Source: Candidatus Saccharimonadota bacterium (GTDB lineage: Bacteria > Patescibacteriota > Saccharimonadia > Saccharimonadales > UBA4665). From it: a DNA stretch of 32,000 nucleotides. The notes under the pieces are model-generated. The model saw nothing but the letters and a program-made list of their open reading frames with translations. It was not told the origin of the DNA and searched no databases. Below, one piece after another: positions 22,596-30,172 of this stretch; within the stretch, counting starts at the first letter, position 1; each line of letters starts with the position of its first letter. The stretch lies in assembly GCA_003516025.1 (NCBI GenBank), contig CP023991.1, positions 751,374-783,373 on the forward strand, in the 5' to 3' direction. Made by a program: the position numbers and the translations under genes.

Positions 22596-22670
22596 GTAGG
22601 GCTCCCTTCTGTTATTGCCACACTATACAAGCAGCACAAGGGCTATTCAGTAAGATTTATAACTGGCCAG

Positions 22671-23204
22671 TTACCGGTAGCCACGGTAGGCGGCGTAACG
22701 CCGTGCCGATCTTCTGCCGTAGTAATATTTGAGCCTGGTGAGTTCCTCATTCACAATCATGAGCGCTGGTATATACAGAAGCACAAGCAGTCCAAGGGGT
22801 TTTCGCGCGAAATCTACCGCATGACCGATATTTGGAAAACCGTATAGTACCTTGCCGGTGATGCCGTTAACCGGCAGGGCCGCGTCGGCTGTCATAACAT
22901 GATCTCCTTTGGTCTGCACGAGTCCCCGCACTGGATCTACCGCTACGACGCGGTGCGTTATGGAAACAGTGCGATTTATGGGACTGGGGTATGTTACGAC
23001 GTCACCAGGAGCCAATGGCCCAAAGTTTCTTGTTTGCAGTACGATGTCACCATGACGCAGTGCCGGCTGCATGCTATCGGTTTGCACGGTTAGCAACCTG
23101 TAGGGACCATAGTGCATGAGCAATATGGTACCAGCGCCACACAACAGGCACACTGTGATTGCTAGTAGCGTACTGAAGTGTTTGAGGCGCCGGTAGCGTG
23201 TCAT
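22671..23204 (-). CDS. Signal peptidase I, SipW/archaeal-ER type (S26B-like)
   Basis: N-terminal TM helix, nucleophile block VQTDSMQPALRHGDIVL, and SITHRVV containing the His of the Ser-His dyad type. It lies directly downstream of a TasA-like substrate gene. Confidence 0.8.
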   Translation of the reverse strand: MTRYRRLKHFSTLLAITVCLLCGAGTILLMHYGPYRLLTVQTDSMQPALRHGDIVLQTRNFGPLAPGDVVTYPSPINRTVSITHRVVAVDPVRGLVQTKGDHVMTADAALPVNGITGKVLYGFPNIGHAVDFARKPLGLLVLLYIPALMIVNEELTRLKYYYGRRSARRYAAYRGYR

Positions 23205-23232
23205 ACTATCCTGTTCCTGCCACGTGAGACCG

Positions 23233-23823
23233 TTATTGGGTTACCGCCGTGCCCGTAAAGACAACGTCGATGCCGGTTATATTCGTGTCCGTGCCGGTGA
23301 AGGCGTCAGAGTCCATGGCAACCTGCATCTTATACTGGGCGACCGCGCCGTTCCCCGCCAGTGTCTCCGTAAGTGGTGTGCCACCGGTAGCATAGCCGGA
23401 AACCAGAGTGCTCAAGGCGATTTTTTGTGGCGTATTGGCATCGATCCGTGTGAAAACAACATACACTTTACTAAGATTAACATTGCCGCTGTTTACCGGC
23501 GTACTGCTTACCGCGGCCTTAATGGTCAGCGCCGCGCTACCACTGTTTTTCAGATAAAAGTCATTACCAACGGTTGGCGCGGCGGGGCCGCCAGGTATAA
23601 CATCCCTGAAAGCGAAGCCAGCCCGGCTGGTGGCGAACGAGGCGGCGCTAGTGCCAATCTGTAGTCCGGCAGTTGCGGTCTGCAACGTATTGCCTGTAAG
23701 TGCTATCTGCTGACTCTGCAAGGCAGCAAATGTAACCCCAGTTGCCAGTACCGCGACTGACGCTATAACCGTAACCGCTCGCATAAGCGGTTGAACTCCC
23801 CGTTGACTACCAAAACGTTTCAT
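23233..23823 (-). CDS. Secreted TasA/camelysin-like protein with SipW-type signal peptide
   Basis: The signal peptide ends in ...LATGVTFAALQS, followed by TGNTLQTATAGLQIG and FAFRDVIPGGP...FYLKNSGSAALTIK. This is the pattern I know from the TasA/CalY (camelysin) family. A strong AAAGGAGGG Shine-Dalgarno element lies 6 nt upstream. Confidence 0.6.
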   Translation of the reverse strand: MKRFGSQRGVQPLMRAVTVIASVAVLATGVTFAALQSQQIALTGNTLQTATAGLQIGTSAASFATSRAGFAFRDVIPGGPAAPTVGNDFYLKNSGSAALTIKAAVSSTPVNSGNVNLSKVYVVFTRIDANTPQKIALSTLVSGYATGGTPLTETLAGNGAVAQYKMQVAMDSDAFTGTDTNITGIDVVFTGTAVTQ

Positions 23824-23919
23824 ACATGGCCCTCCTTTAATTAGTAGGGCCTATACTGCGCCGGCAAAAAGCTTGCTGTCAAAATGAATCAAAAACCGTT
23901 CAGAAGGAGTTAATAGTGG

Positions 23920-25455
23920 CTAGAGGACGGCATCTTCGCCGAAATGCTTCTGCAACCGTGCCTTAATGGATCCCGGATGCCTGCCAAACTCTTTAGTCAA
24001 TTTGGTAATGGATTTTGGCTTGGGGTCTTCGAAATACTGCAGCAGCTTGGCATCCTCGGCCTCGCTCCAGGGCTTATAAGCGTTTGGATACTTTTCGCGC
24101 ATCTTTTCCAGTTTTTCGGCCCAACTGCCGGCCTTGGTGGTTGATTGGGGCTGAGGCTGCAGTTTTTCGAGAGCTTCGCGTTCCAGAGCCCGTTCACGCA
24201 AATGTTCGAGCCGTTTAGCGTCCTGCTCACTCTTGGTGCGCAGGTGTTTATCAATTTCCAGGGCTTCGGGGCTGATCTGCAGAGCCATGCGGTTTATGCC
24301 CACCAGACTCAGGTTCTGCAGGTTACGCACGCGTGACAGCGCCACATAACCCATCCCCTCTACGAAAGCCCGGCGCAGGTCGATACGGGCAGCGTCAAGC
24401 GTCATGCCTTGGCTTTTATGAACGGTAATCGCCCAGGCCAGCCGCAGCGGAATCTGCGTGATGGAGGCTCGTTTTTTATCGCCGTCGCGCAGTTCCCAGG
24501 TCTCCGGGGTCATGGTAAGCGTACGGCCGCTATGAAGATTAACAATCGGATAACGAGTGCTCTTTTCGAAGTCGATCACGGTACCAAGCGTCCCGTTGGC
24601 CACCCGCTTTTCAGCGCTGTTTTTAATGCACATTACCAGCGCTCCCTTTTTAAGCACCAATACTTCCTGGGCCAGGCACGATCGCTTCAAAGTTTCGACA
24701 TATGACTCTTTGCCTGTGGTAGCCATCTCATAAGACTCTTCGCCTGCTTCCAGGCCGTTCAGACGCTGTTCGTTGATGCGGTCGACGTCGATGTTAACCG
24801 TATGTAATTCAGTGGCCTCATGCTGTTCCAGCGGCGCGTCGACACGCTCCAATAGCTTTTCCGCATGATGGCGGCGGACGTCGCCGGCTCGCATGGCATT
24901 GAGTATCTCCAGAAAATCGTCATCATCCTGGCGGTGCTGCTCCTGCAGGTAACAGATGACCGGATCGAACTCCTCCCAGACTTCAGCATTGACCACGAAA
25001 CTGCCCTGCCGGCCGTCATTCCGGTTTACGGGCGGCAGCTGGAAGAAATCACCACATAAAATAACCTGGATACCGCCAAACGGCCGGTCGTCGCGGCGGA
25101 CCTTACGGGCAACCTCGTCGATCATATCCAACCGGTAGTCGTGCAGCATGGAGATTTCATCGATAATCAGTACGTCGGTCGCCTCGATAATGTCGCGGCG
25201 GCCCTTAAGCAGATGCTCTTCAAACTGCGGGTGCAGTTGGTCCGCGATACCAATCCCGCTCCAGGCATGGATGGTGTTGCCGCCCAGGTGAGTCGCCGCC
25301 AGGCCGGTGGTCGCCGTTACGGCCACGTACTTGTTCTGTTTTTTGGCACGGCGAATAAACTCATTCAAAACATACGTCTTGCCCGAACCGGCTGGTCCTG
25401 TCAGCAATACGTTGTTACCCTCCAGCATTATCTCGAGTGCTAAGCTCTGGTCCAT
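23920..25455 (-). CDS. Pif1/RecD-family SF1 DNA helicase with C-terminal Myb/SANT-like tail
   Basis: Walker A LTGPAGSGKTYVL, Walker B LIIDEISML, the Pif1-type GDFFQLPPV, and ITVHKSQGMTLD. The tail reads WSEAEDAKLLQYF...ITKLTKEFGRHPGSIKARLQKHF. ATG 25455 is preferred over the track's TTG at 25491. Confidence 0.85.
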   Translation of the reverse strand: MDQSLALEIMLEGNNVLLTGPAGSGKTYVLNEFIRRAKKQNKYVAVTATTGLAATHLGGNTIHAWSGIGIADQLHPQFEEHLLKGRRDIIEATDVLIIDEISMLHDYRLDMIDEVARKVRRDDRPFGGIQVILCGDFFQLPPVNRNDGRQGSFVVNAEVWEEFDPVICYLQEQHRQDDDDFLEILNAMRAGDVRRHHAEKLLERVDAPLEQHEATELHTVNIDVDRINEQRLNGLEAGEESYEMATTGKESYVETLKRSCLAQEVLVLKKGALVMCIKNSAEKRVANGTLGTVIDFEKSTRYPIVNLHSGRTLTMTPETWELRDGDKKRASITQIPLRLAWAITVHKSQGMTLDAARIDLRRAFVEGMGYVALSRVRNLQNLSLVGINRMALQISPEALEIDKHLRTKSEQDAKRLEHLRERALEREALEKLQPQPQSTTKAGSWAEKLEKMREKYPNAYKPWSEAEDAKLLQYFEDPKPKSITKLTKEFGRHPGSIKARLQKHFGEDAVL

Positions 25456-25508
25456 ATCGTATGTTCTATTATACAGGGCAGAAGGTTGCAAGCGTAGCCG
25501 GATATGGA

Positions 25509-26654
25509 TTATTTTTCGGCGAACGGACTGGCGGGAACTACGCCGTCTTCTTCGCTTGGTGGTTTCAGCTCGCGTTTGCTCAGTACTTCATAGCGGATAC
25601 CGGTCATCGGGCTTTCCATGTAATCATCGTTCAGCAGGTTGACGAACTTATCCATATCCTTACCATCCATGATGATGATGGCACCCGAGTCGTCGGTCAT
25701 CATTTCAATACCCATTTCCTCGGCATGATCGAGCAACTGGTCCTGTTTAACCATTTCCGGATCAAGTTTCTGTAGTTTTTTAATGATTTTCGCCTTGCCC
25801 TTAATAAGAGACTGGATGCTGTCGCCTTCACCGAAGCTCAGTTTGAAGTTTTCCTCAATTTCGCGGACCTTTTGCTCGGCTATCGAGGCCATCTTGGCGT
25901 CATAGCCAAACAGGCTCTTAAGCTTGGCTTCGCTGAAGACATACATATCCTGGTCGAGAATGAGCAGCTGATTGTCCGGTGGAATCCGCAACGCCGCATC
26001 GGCGTCAAAGGTGACGATTTTGCCGTCACGGATCATCCAGCCGGCACTTCCCTTCATAACCTGTGACTGCGGTAGCTGCTTAATAACGTAGAAGCGCTTT
26101 GGCATCTGCTGGTGGCCAACCCGGGCGATGATGCCCTTCATGCGCTTAATATCGTGTTCTTCCTCGTTAAAGAGTTCAATTTCCTGCTCCTGAGTCTTCA
26201 GCCAGTTCAGAACTTCCTGGGCCTTTTCGACCTTATTCAACTGCGTGCGCTGCAAGACATTATCTTCTTTTTCGGCGTCTTCGAAACCGCGGACGATCAG
26301 GCCGTTATCGGCGCCTTCCAGTACGTATTCCAGAATTTCATCGATAAATAGTGGCTCAAGCTGCTTTTTAAGGTCCGGTACCAGGTTTGTCTTGTAGACG
26401 ACACCGTTTTTGTTAAAGAAGAAAAGGTCGATCTTCAGTTCGTCCTTAAACTGCACTAAGTTATTGGCCCAGGCAAACACATCAGATTCACTGTATCCGT
26501 CGCTAGTGGGCGCGGTTTCAGCTTTGTTGGCAGAGGTTACCGGGATTACTTCGGATTTTGGTAAATCGACCGCTTCGATCGGTGCCACCACCTCTTCCGC
26601 GACTTCAACTGCCGTAAGGGCTTCGTCCTGATCAACTACTGTTGGTTCTTCCAT
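25509..26654 (-). CDS. Hypothetical protein, DUF4868 (KwaB)-like by recollection, with acidic N-terminal extension
   Basis: 381-aa ORF whose first ~55 residues are acidic and low-complexity. The remainder is mixed alpha/beta, with ILDQDMYVFSEAKLKSLFGY and a C-terminal FVNLLNDDYMESPMTGIRYEVL block reminiscent of DUF4868. The confidence value applies to the CDS call; confidence in the family assignment is only about 0.35. Confidence 0.75.
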   Translation of the reverse strand: MEEPTVVDQDEALTAVEVAEEVVAPIEAVDLPKSEVIPVTSANKAETAPTSDGYSESDVFAWANNLVQFKDELKIDLFFFNKNGVVYKTNLVPDLKKQLEPLFIDEILEYVLEGADNGLIVRGFEDAEKEDNVLQRTQLNKVEKAQEVLNWLKTQEQEIELFNEEEHDIKRMKGIIARVGHQQMPKRFYVIKQLPQSQVMKGSAGWMIRDGKIVTFDADAALRIPPDNQLLILDQDMYVFSEAKLKSLFGYDAKMASIAEQKVREIEENFKLSFGEGDSIQSLIKGKAKIIKKLQKLDPEMVKQDQLLDHAEEMGIEMMTDDSGAIIIMDGKDMDKFVNLLNDDYMESPMTGIRYEVLSKRELKPPSEEDGVVPASPFAEK

Positions 26655-26819
26655 GTATTAGTGTGAGCTCCATTTTATGGCCGCATGGTGAGGAGAAGCA
26701 TGAGGCGCTATGTTTTAACGTAAGAACAATTCTAATGGAAGTATAGGCAAAAATCTGCTGTAAAATAGTCAAACCCTTGTGAAACGCGCTACAATAGTTA
26801 AAAGATTGAAGGAGTGGAC

Positions 26820-27440
26820 ATGGACTATAGCATATACAAGACATTAGAGTTCCGGCGTAAGTTTTTCAAGTTGTTCGGAGCGTCCATCGACATCACCAAC
26901 CCTGAGTCAGGCCAGCAGGTCGGCTTTATCCAGATGAAAGCCTGGAAGCTGAAAGAAGACATCCGTATTTTTACCGACAGTTCAATGCAGCAGCAGTTAC
27001 TGCAAATTCATGCCCGCAGCGTTATCGATTTTGGCGCTACATATGACGTTACCGACGCCCCTACCGGTGACAGTCTGTTTTCGCTGCGGCGTAAAGGGCT
27101 ACGCTCTACCTTTGTTCGTGACCGTTGGGAAGTCGCTGATGCTGCCGGAAATACAATCGGCACCGTCCAGGAAACCAGCAGCAGCCTGGCCCTGGTCCGC
27201 CGCTACGTCGGGATTATTCCTATCGTTGGCGAAATCGCTGACATCGCACTTAGTTTCGCACCGCTTACCTATACTATATTTGACGCTGACAACGCGGCCA
27301 TAGCTCAGCTGACTCATCGTAAAAACCCGCTGGTGGTCAAATTCGGACTGGACATTACAAATGAGGCGCACACTCTCGATGCCCGCTTGCCTGTCGCCGT
27401 GACTGCCCTGCTCGCCGTCGTTGACGCTTCAAAAAACTAA
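26820..27440 (+). CDS. LURP-one-related / scramblase-like (tubby C-terminal fold) family protein
   Basis: Repeating beta-strand pattern YKTLEFRRKFFKLFGASIDITNPESGQQVGFIQMKAWKLKEDIRIF... with a hydrophobic C-terminal helix LPVAVTALLAVVD, as in bacterial LOR/YxjI-like proteins. A GAAGGAG Shine-Dalgarno element lies 5 nt before ATG 26820; the track start at 26814 is GTG. Confidence 0.6.
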   Translation: MDYSIYKTLEFRRKFFKLFGASIDITNPESGQQVGFIQMKAWKLKEDIRIFTDSSMQQQLLQIHARSVIDFGATYDVTDAPTGDSLFSLRRKGLRSTFVRDRWEVADAAGNTIGTVQETSSSLALVRRYVGIIPIVGEIADIALSFAPLTYTIFDADNAAIAQLTHRKNPLVVKFGLDITNEAHTLDARLPVAVTALLAVVDASKN

Positions 27441-27476
27441 ATGTAGCTTTCAGCTGCCAGGACTACACTTACTGTT

Positions 27477-27914
27477 GTGAAACTCATACCCAAATACGAT
27501 AAACTGTTCCTCAAAATAACCGTGATCTTTTCGACGGTACTGCAGGTTGTGTTGAACGCCTTACTGATTCTTCTTATCTTCGCCCTTATCATCGGCGTTA
27601 TTAAATCCGGACACGACCTGTTCAGCTCCCTCAACCAGCCCCTCGACAAAGTTTTACAGAAAGTTTTGCTCGACACCGTTTTTATCGTGGCAGTACTGGA
27701 AATATCCATAACTATCCTCGGCTATCTTAAAGATGGTTATGTACATGTCCGTTACATCGTCGACACTATCCTCATCATCATGCTTAACGAAATTGTCGTC
27801 CTGTGGTTTCAGCACCCTGAGCTTCAGGACATGATCGGTATCTCGCTTATCGTCTTCGTACTGGCTCTTATCCGGATATCAGTCACGAAATTCGCGCCTA
27901 AACACGAAGACTGA
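27477..27914 (+). CDS. PsiE-like four-helix membrane protein
   Basis: 145 aa with four hydrophobic segments and a central LEISITILGYLKDGYVHVRYIVDTILIIMLNEIVV block, resembling the phosphate-starvation-inducible PsiE family. GTG start. Confidence 0.55.
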   Translation: MKLIPKYDKLFLKITVIFSTVLQVVLNALLILLIFALIIGVIKSGHDLFSSLNQPLDKVLQKVLLDTVFIVAVLEISITILGYLKDGYVHVRYIVDTILIIMLNEIVVLWFQHPELQDMIGISLIVFVLALIRISVTKFAPKHED

Positions 27915-27917
27915 ATC

Positions 27918-28544
27918 TTAATTGGCGCGGGCTGGTTTACGGGCCGTGGTCTTGCGGTCCTGAGAAGCGGGCCTCCGGTCGTAGTAGCGCAGTTGGCGTT
28001 TAAACTGGTCGAGACGGATGATATATTCTTCATACTTGTTATAAAGCTGGGAGTACTGGAAGCTTGGCGTCAATATATTGAGCAGCCGCTTTTTAGACTC
28101 AAGGTATTCGACCAGCGAGTAGAAATCGCCATCGCCCGACACCAGAATGGCCTTATCGTAATTAGACAGCTCTTTCATTGCCCATAGCACCAGGTCGGCG
28201 TCGATATTTCCCTTAACTGGCTTTTTTTCTTCAGCTTCACCATTGTGGTCCTTGTGGGGTTCGGCGTTCGCGTCAGGCTGCGGTTTAGTCATGTCGTATG
28301 TCGGTTTCAAGACAATGGCGTATCCGGCCTCGTGCAGCTGTTCATAAAGCGGTTCGAACTCGGGAACATAGCCGATAAACATGAATGCCTTGGTAACACC
28401 ATATTCGTCAGCCAGAAATCGGCGGAATTTCTGCCAGTCCATTTTCCAGCCGAACTTTTGTACGCCAACATTCAGGTTCTGACTGTCAATAAAAGCATAG
28501 ACGTTCTTTGGCTTATTTTTCGGATGTGCGGTCGGTTGATTCAT
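27918..28544 (-). CDS. NYN-domain (LabA-like) putative ribonuclease
   Basis: VYAFIDSQNLN (first Asp), AFMFIGY, and GNIDADLVLWAM...AILVSGDGDFYSLVEYL (the NYN acidic cluster). The C-terminal tail is basic. Confidence 0.85.
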   Translation of the reverse strand: MNQPTAHPKNKPKNVYAFIDSQNLNVGVQKFGWKMDWQKFRRFLADEYGVTKAFMFIGYVPEFEPLYEQLHEAGYAIVLKPTYDMTKPQPDANAEPHKDHNGEAEEKKPVKGNIDADLVLWAMKELSNYDKAILVSGDGDFYSLVEYLESKKRLLNILTPSFQYSQLYNKYEEYIIRLDQFKRQLRYYDRRPASQDRKTTARKPARAN

Positions 28545-28563
28545 CTACCCCTATCATACCATC

Positions 28564-28883
28564 TTATTTGCCCGAGGCACTGAGGTTGGCGTGATAAAAA
28601 TGGACGATCTCATCTATAAACACGTCAGTTTCGTATGCCGTTGCCGGATGCCAGCCGGTATCTTGTAAGGCACGCGTGTCATCCCGCCGCAGTGCCGATC
28701 CCATTGGTGCTGGTTGCTGCCTGCGTCTGGCAAACATCCTGGCTAAAATCCTTAACAGCTTCCATAACCTCCCAGAGTTGGCCATTGCTTTGCAGGCGCC
28801 CATCCGGGTCATAAAGCAACCGACGTTCAGCGCGAACCTGGGGGGGGTGATAACCATGCCGCCAACCGGGGAGAATTCGTAAC
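28564..28883 (-). pseudogene. Decayed 3' remnant of an NAD-dependent epimerase/dehydratase (GalE/RmlB-like)
   Basis: Two overlapping minus-strand frames together spell an epimerase C-terminus. Frame B reads ...SNGQLWEVMEAVKDFSQ.... After a shift near 28690, frame A reads RRDDTRALQDTGWHPATAYETDVFIDEIVHFYHAN, matching the pattern ADxSKAxxxLGWxP...WY. No N-terminal Rossmann part is present. A C8 tract lies at 28840-28847. Confidence 0.5.
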
Positions 28884-29453
28884 TCACAGTAAAAGCTCGT
28901 CCCGTAGCTCCACGAATGCCTCACCTTTGAGGTTATCGTAGTTAAAATGTCCATAGCCGCTAAACTCGCGAACCTTAAGGTTCTTAACCTTTTCACGTAT
29001 GCGGGCTACCGATTGGCGCGTACTGTCCGAATCGTCGTCACTGATAAACACCGTCAATGCGGTGGTGCGACTGGCCACATCAGGGTCGATCTCACCCGCG
29101 AAAAAATTTTCAGCCAATGTTTTTCCAGGATCAAGCCATGGCGCCACCAAAACGACTTTTCCAACCCGCAGTTGCGGTTTTTGACTGAGATATTTCAGCC
29201 AAAAACCTCCGCCGGCGCTATGCCCTACCAACATTGTTTCCGGCGTAATGTCATAGCGGGATATTTCCTGGCACCACAGATCCCATTTCGGTTCAAACGA
29301 TATCGGTATTTCGGGTGTCTGGGCAGTGATGTCGCGTATGATCAGTTCTTTTTGCAGCCACGGTAACCAATGGGCATTACTTTCGCTTGGCAGGTCAGGA
29401 TTATAGTAATTTTTCTTTTCCGGTGCCCCATGCAAAATAATGGCGTTTTTCAT
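28884..29453 (-). CDS. Alpha/beta serine hydrolase, YdeN/RBBP9 family
   Basis: 189 aa, MKNAIILHG..., nucleophile elbow GHSAGG, VLVAPW, and C-terminal GHFN. The size and motif order match the Ser_hydrolase (YdeN) family. Confidence 0.8.
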   Translation of the reverse strand: MKNAIILHGAPEKKNYYNPDLPSESNAHWLPWLQKELIIRDITAQTPEIPISFEPKWDLWCQEISRYDITPETMLVGHSAGGGFWLKYLSQKPQLRVGKVVLVAPWLDPGKTLAENFFAGEIDPDVASRTTALTVFISDDDSDSTRQSVARIREKVKNLKVREFSGYGHFNYDNLKGEAFVELRDELLL

Positions 29454-29456
29454 AGT

Positions 29457-29894
29457 TTAATCTTTCGCGGCTAGATTCCGCTTGCGTGCCTCGTTTGCCC
29501 AGTGGTCGGCCGCCTCATTGCCGGGGTCGTTATTATGTCCGCGCACCCAAATCAGTTTCGCCTGGCCTGAGCGGTGCAGCGGAACAACTTCCTGGACAAT
29601 ATCCAGGTTCATAATCGGGCCGCCTTTTTTCTTCCAGCCATTAGCTTCCCAGGCGATTGACCATTTGGTAATAACGTTAATCCAGAATTCACTATCAGTA
29701 TAAATTTCACAGGGTTGTCCGTTCGCCTCTTTAAGAGCAGCTATGAGCGCGAAGCCTTCCATGCGGATATTGGTCGTAGCGGCGCCGCTCGGTTCTCCGC
29801 CCAGTACGACTGGTTCGCCGGCGGGCGTAACCACCGAAAAACCCCCGGGACCTGGATTTGGACTTGCTGAACCATCAGTATAAAAAGTGAGCAT
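29457..29894 (-). CDS. rnhA: Ribonuclease HI
   Basis: DEDD residues appear in context: FYTDGS, MEGFALIAAL, IYTDSEF, GNEAADHWA. A basic-protrusion-like WKKKGG is present. A TACAAT -10 element (29907-29902) lies 7 nt upstream of the ATG. Confidence 0.92.
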   Translation of the reverse strand: MLTFYTDGSASPNPGPGGFSVVTPAGEPVVLGGEPSGAATTNIRMEGFALIAALKEANGQPCEIYTDSEFWINVITKWSIAWEANGWKKKGGPIMNLDIVQEVVPLHRSGQAKLIWVRGHNNDPGNEAADHWANEARKRNLAAKD

Positions 29895-30038
29895 AGGTCC
29901 TATTGTACCGCACGTTGGCAGCAGGGCCAGTCCGCCATTCGCGCGTCAATAACCACAAGCAAGGCTTTTGATGTAATTATCACGTCAAAAACCCCTAAAT
30001 CATTACTCGAGGTATGACTACTATTAACTCCTAGGGAT

Positions 30039-30067
30039 TTGACATGATGTCTAACGTACGATACTGT
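30039..30067 (+). promoter_or_regulatory. Candidate promoter of the LysM-Rpf gene (TTGACA-17-TACTGT)
   Basis: TTGACA at 30039-30044, a 17-nt spacer, TACTGT at 30062-30067. This predicts a roughly 100-nt 5' UTR ending in an AGGGAGGAA Shine-Dalgarno element. Confidence 0.5.
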
Positions 30068-30172
30068 GGCCTCTGTGTTTTTTCACTGGAGATGGAGACA
30101 CAACATATGCATCCCCAGTATCCACTTTTTTGGAGGGTACATAAAACCGGGGTGTATAGGGAGGAATAATAT

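Noticed and set aside
26632-26844. 70-aa ORF on the minus strand upstream of the DUF4868-like gene, considered as a possible KwaA-like partner.
   Set aside because: It spans the divergent promoter region and overlaps the start of the plus-strand gene. It is Cys/Ser-rich with no TM helices, so it is not a plausible KwaA.
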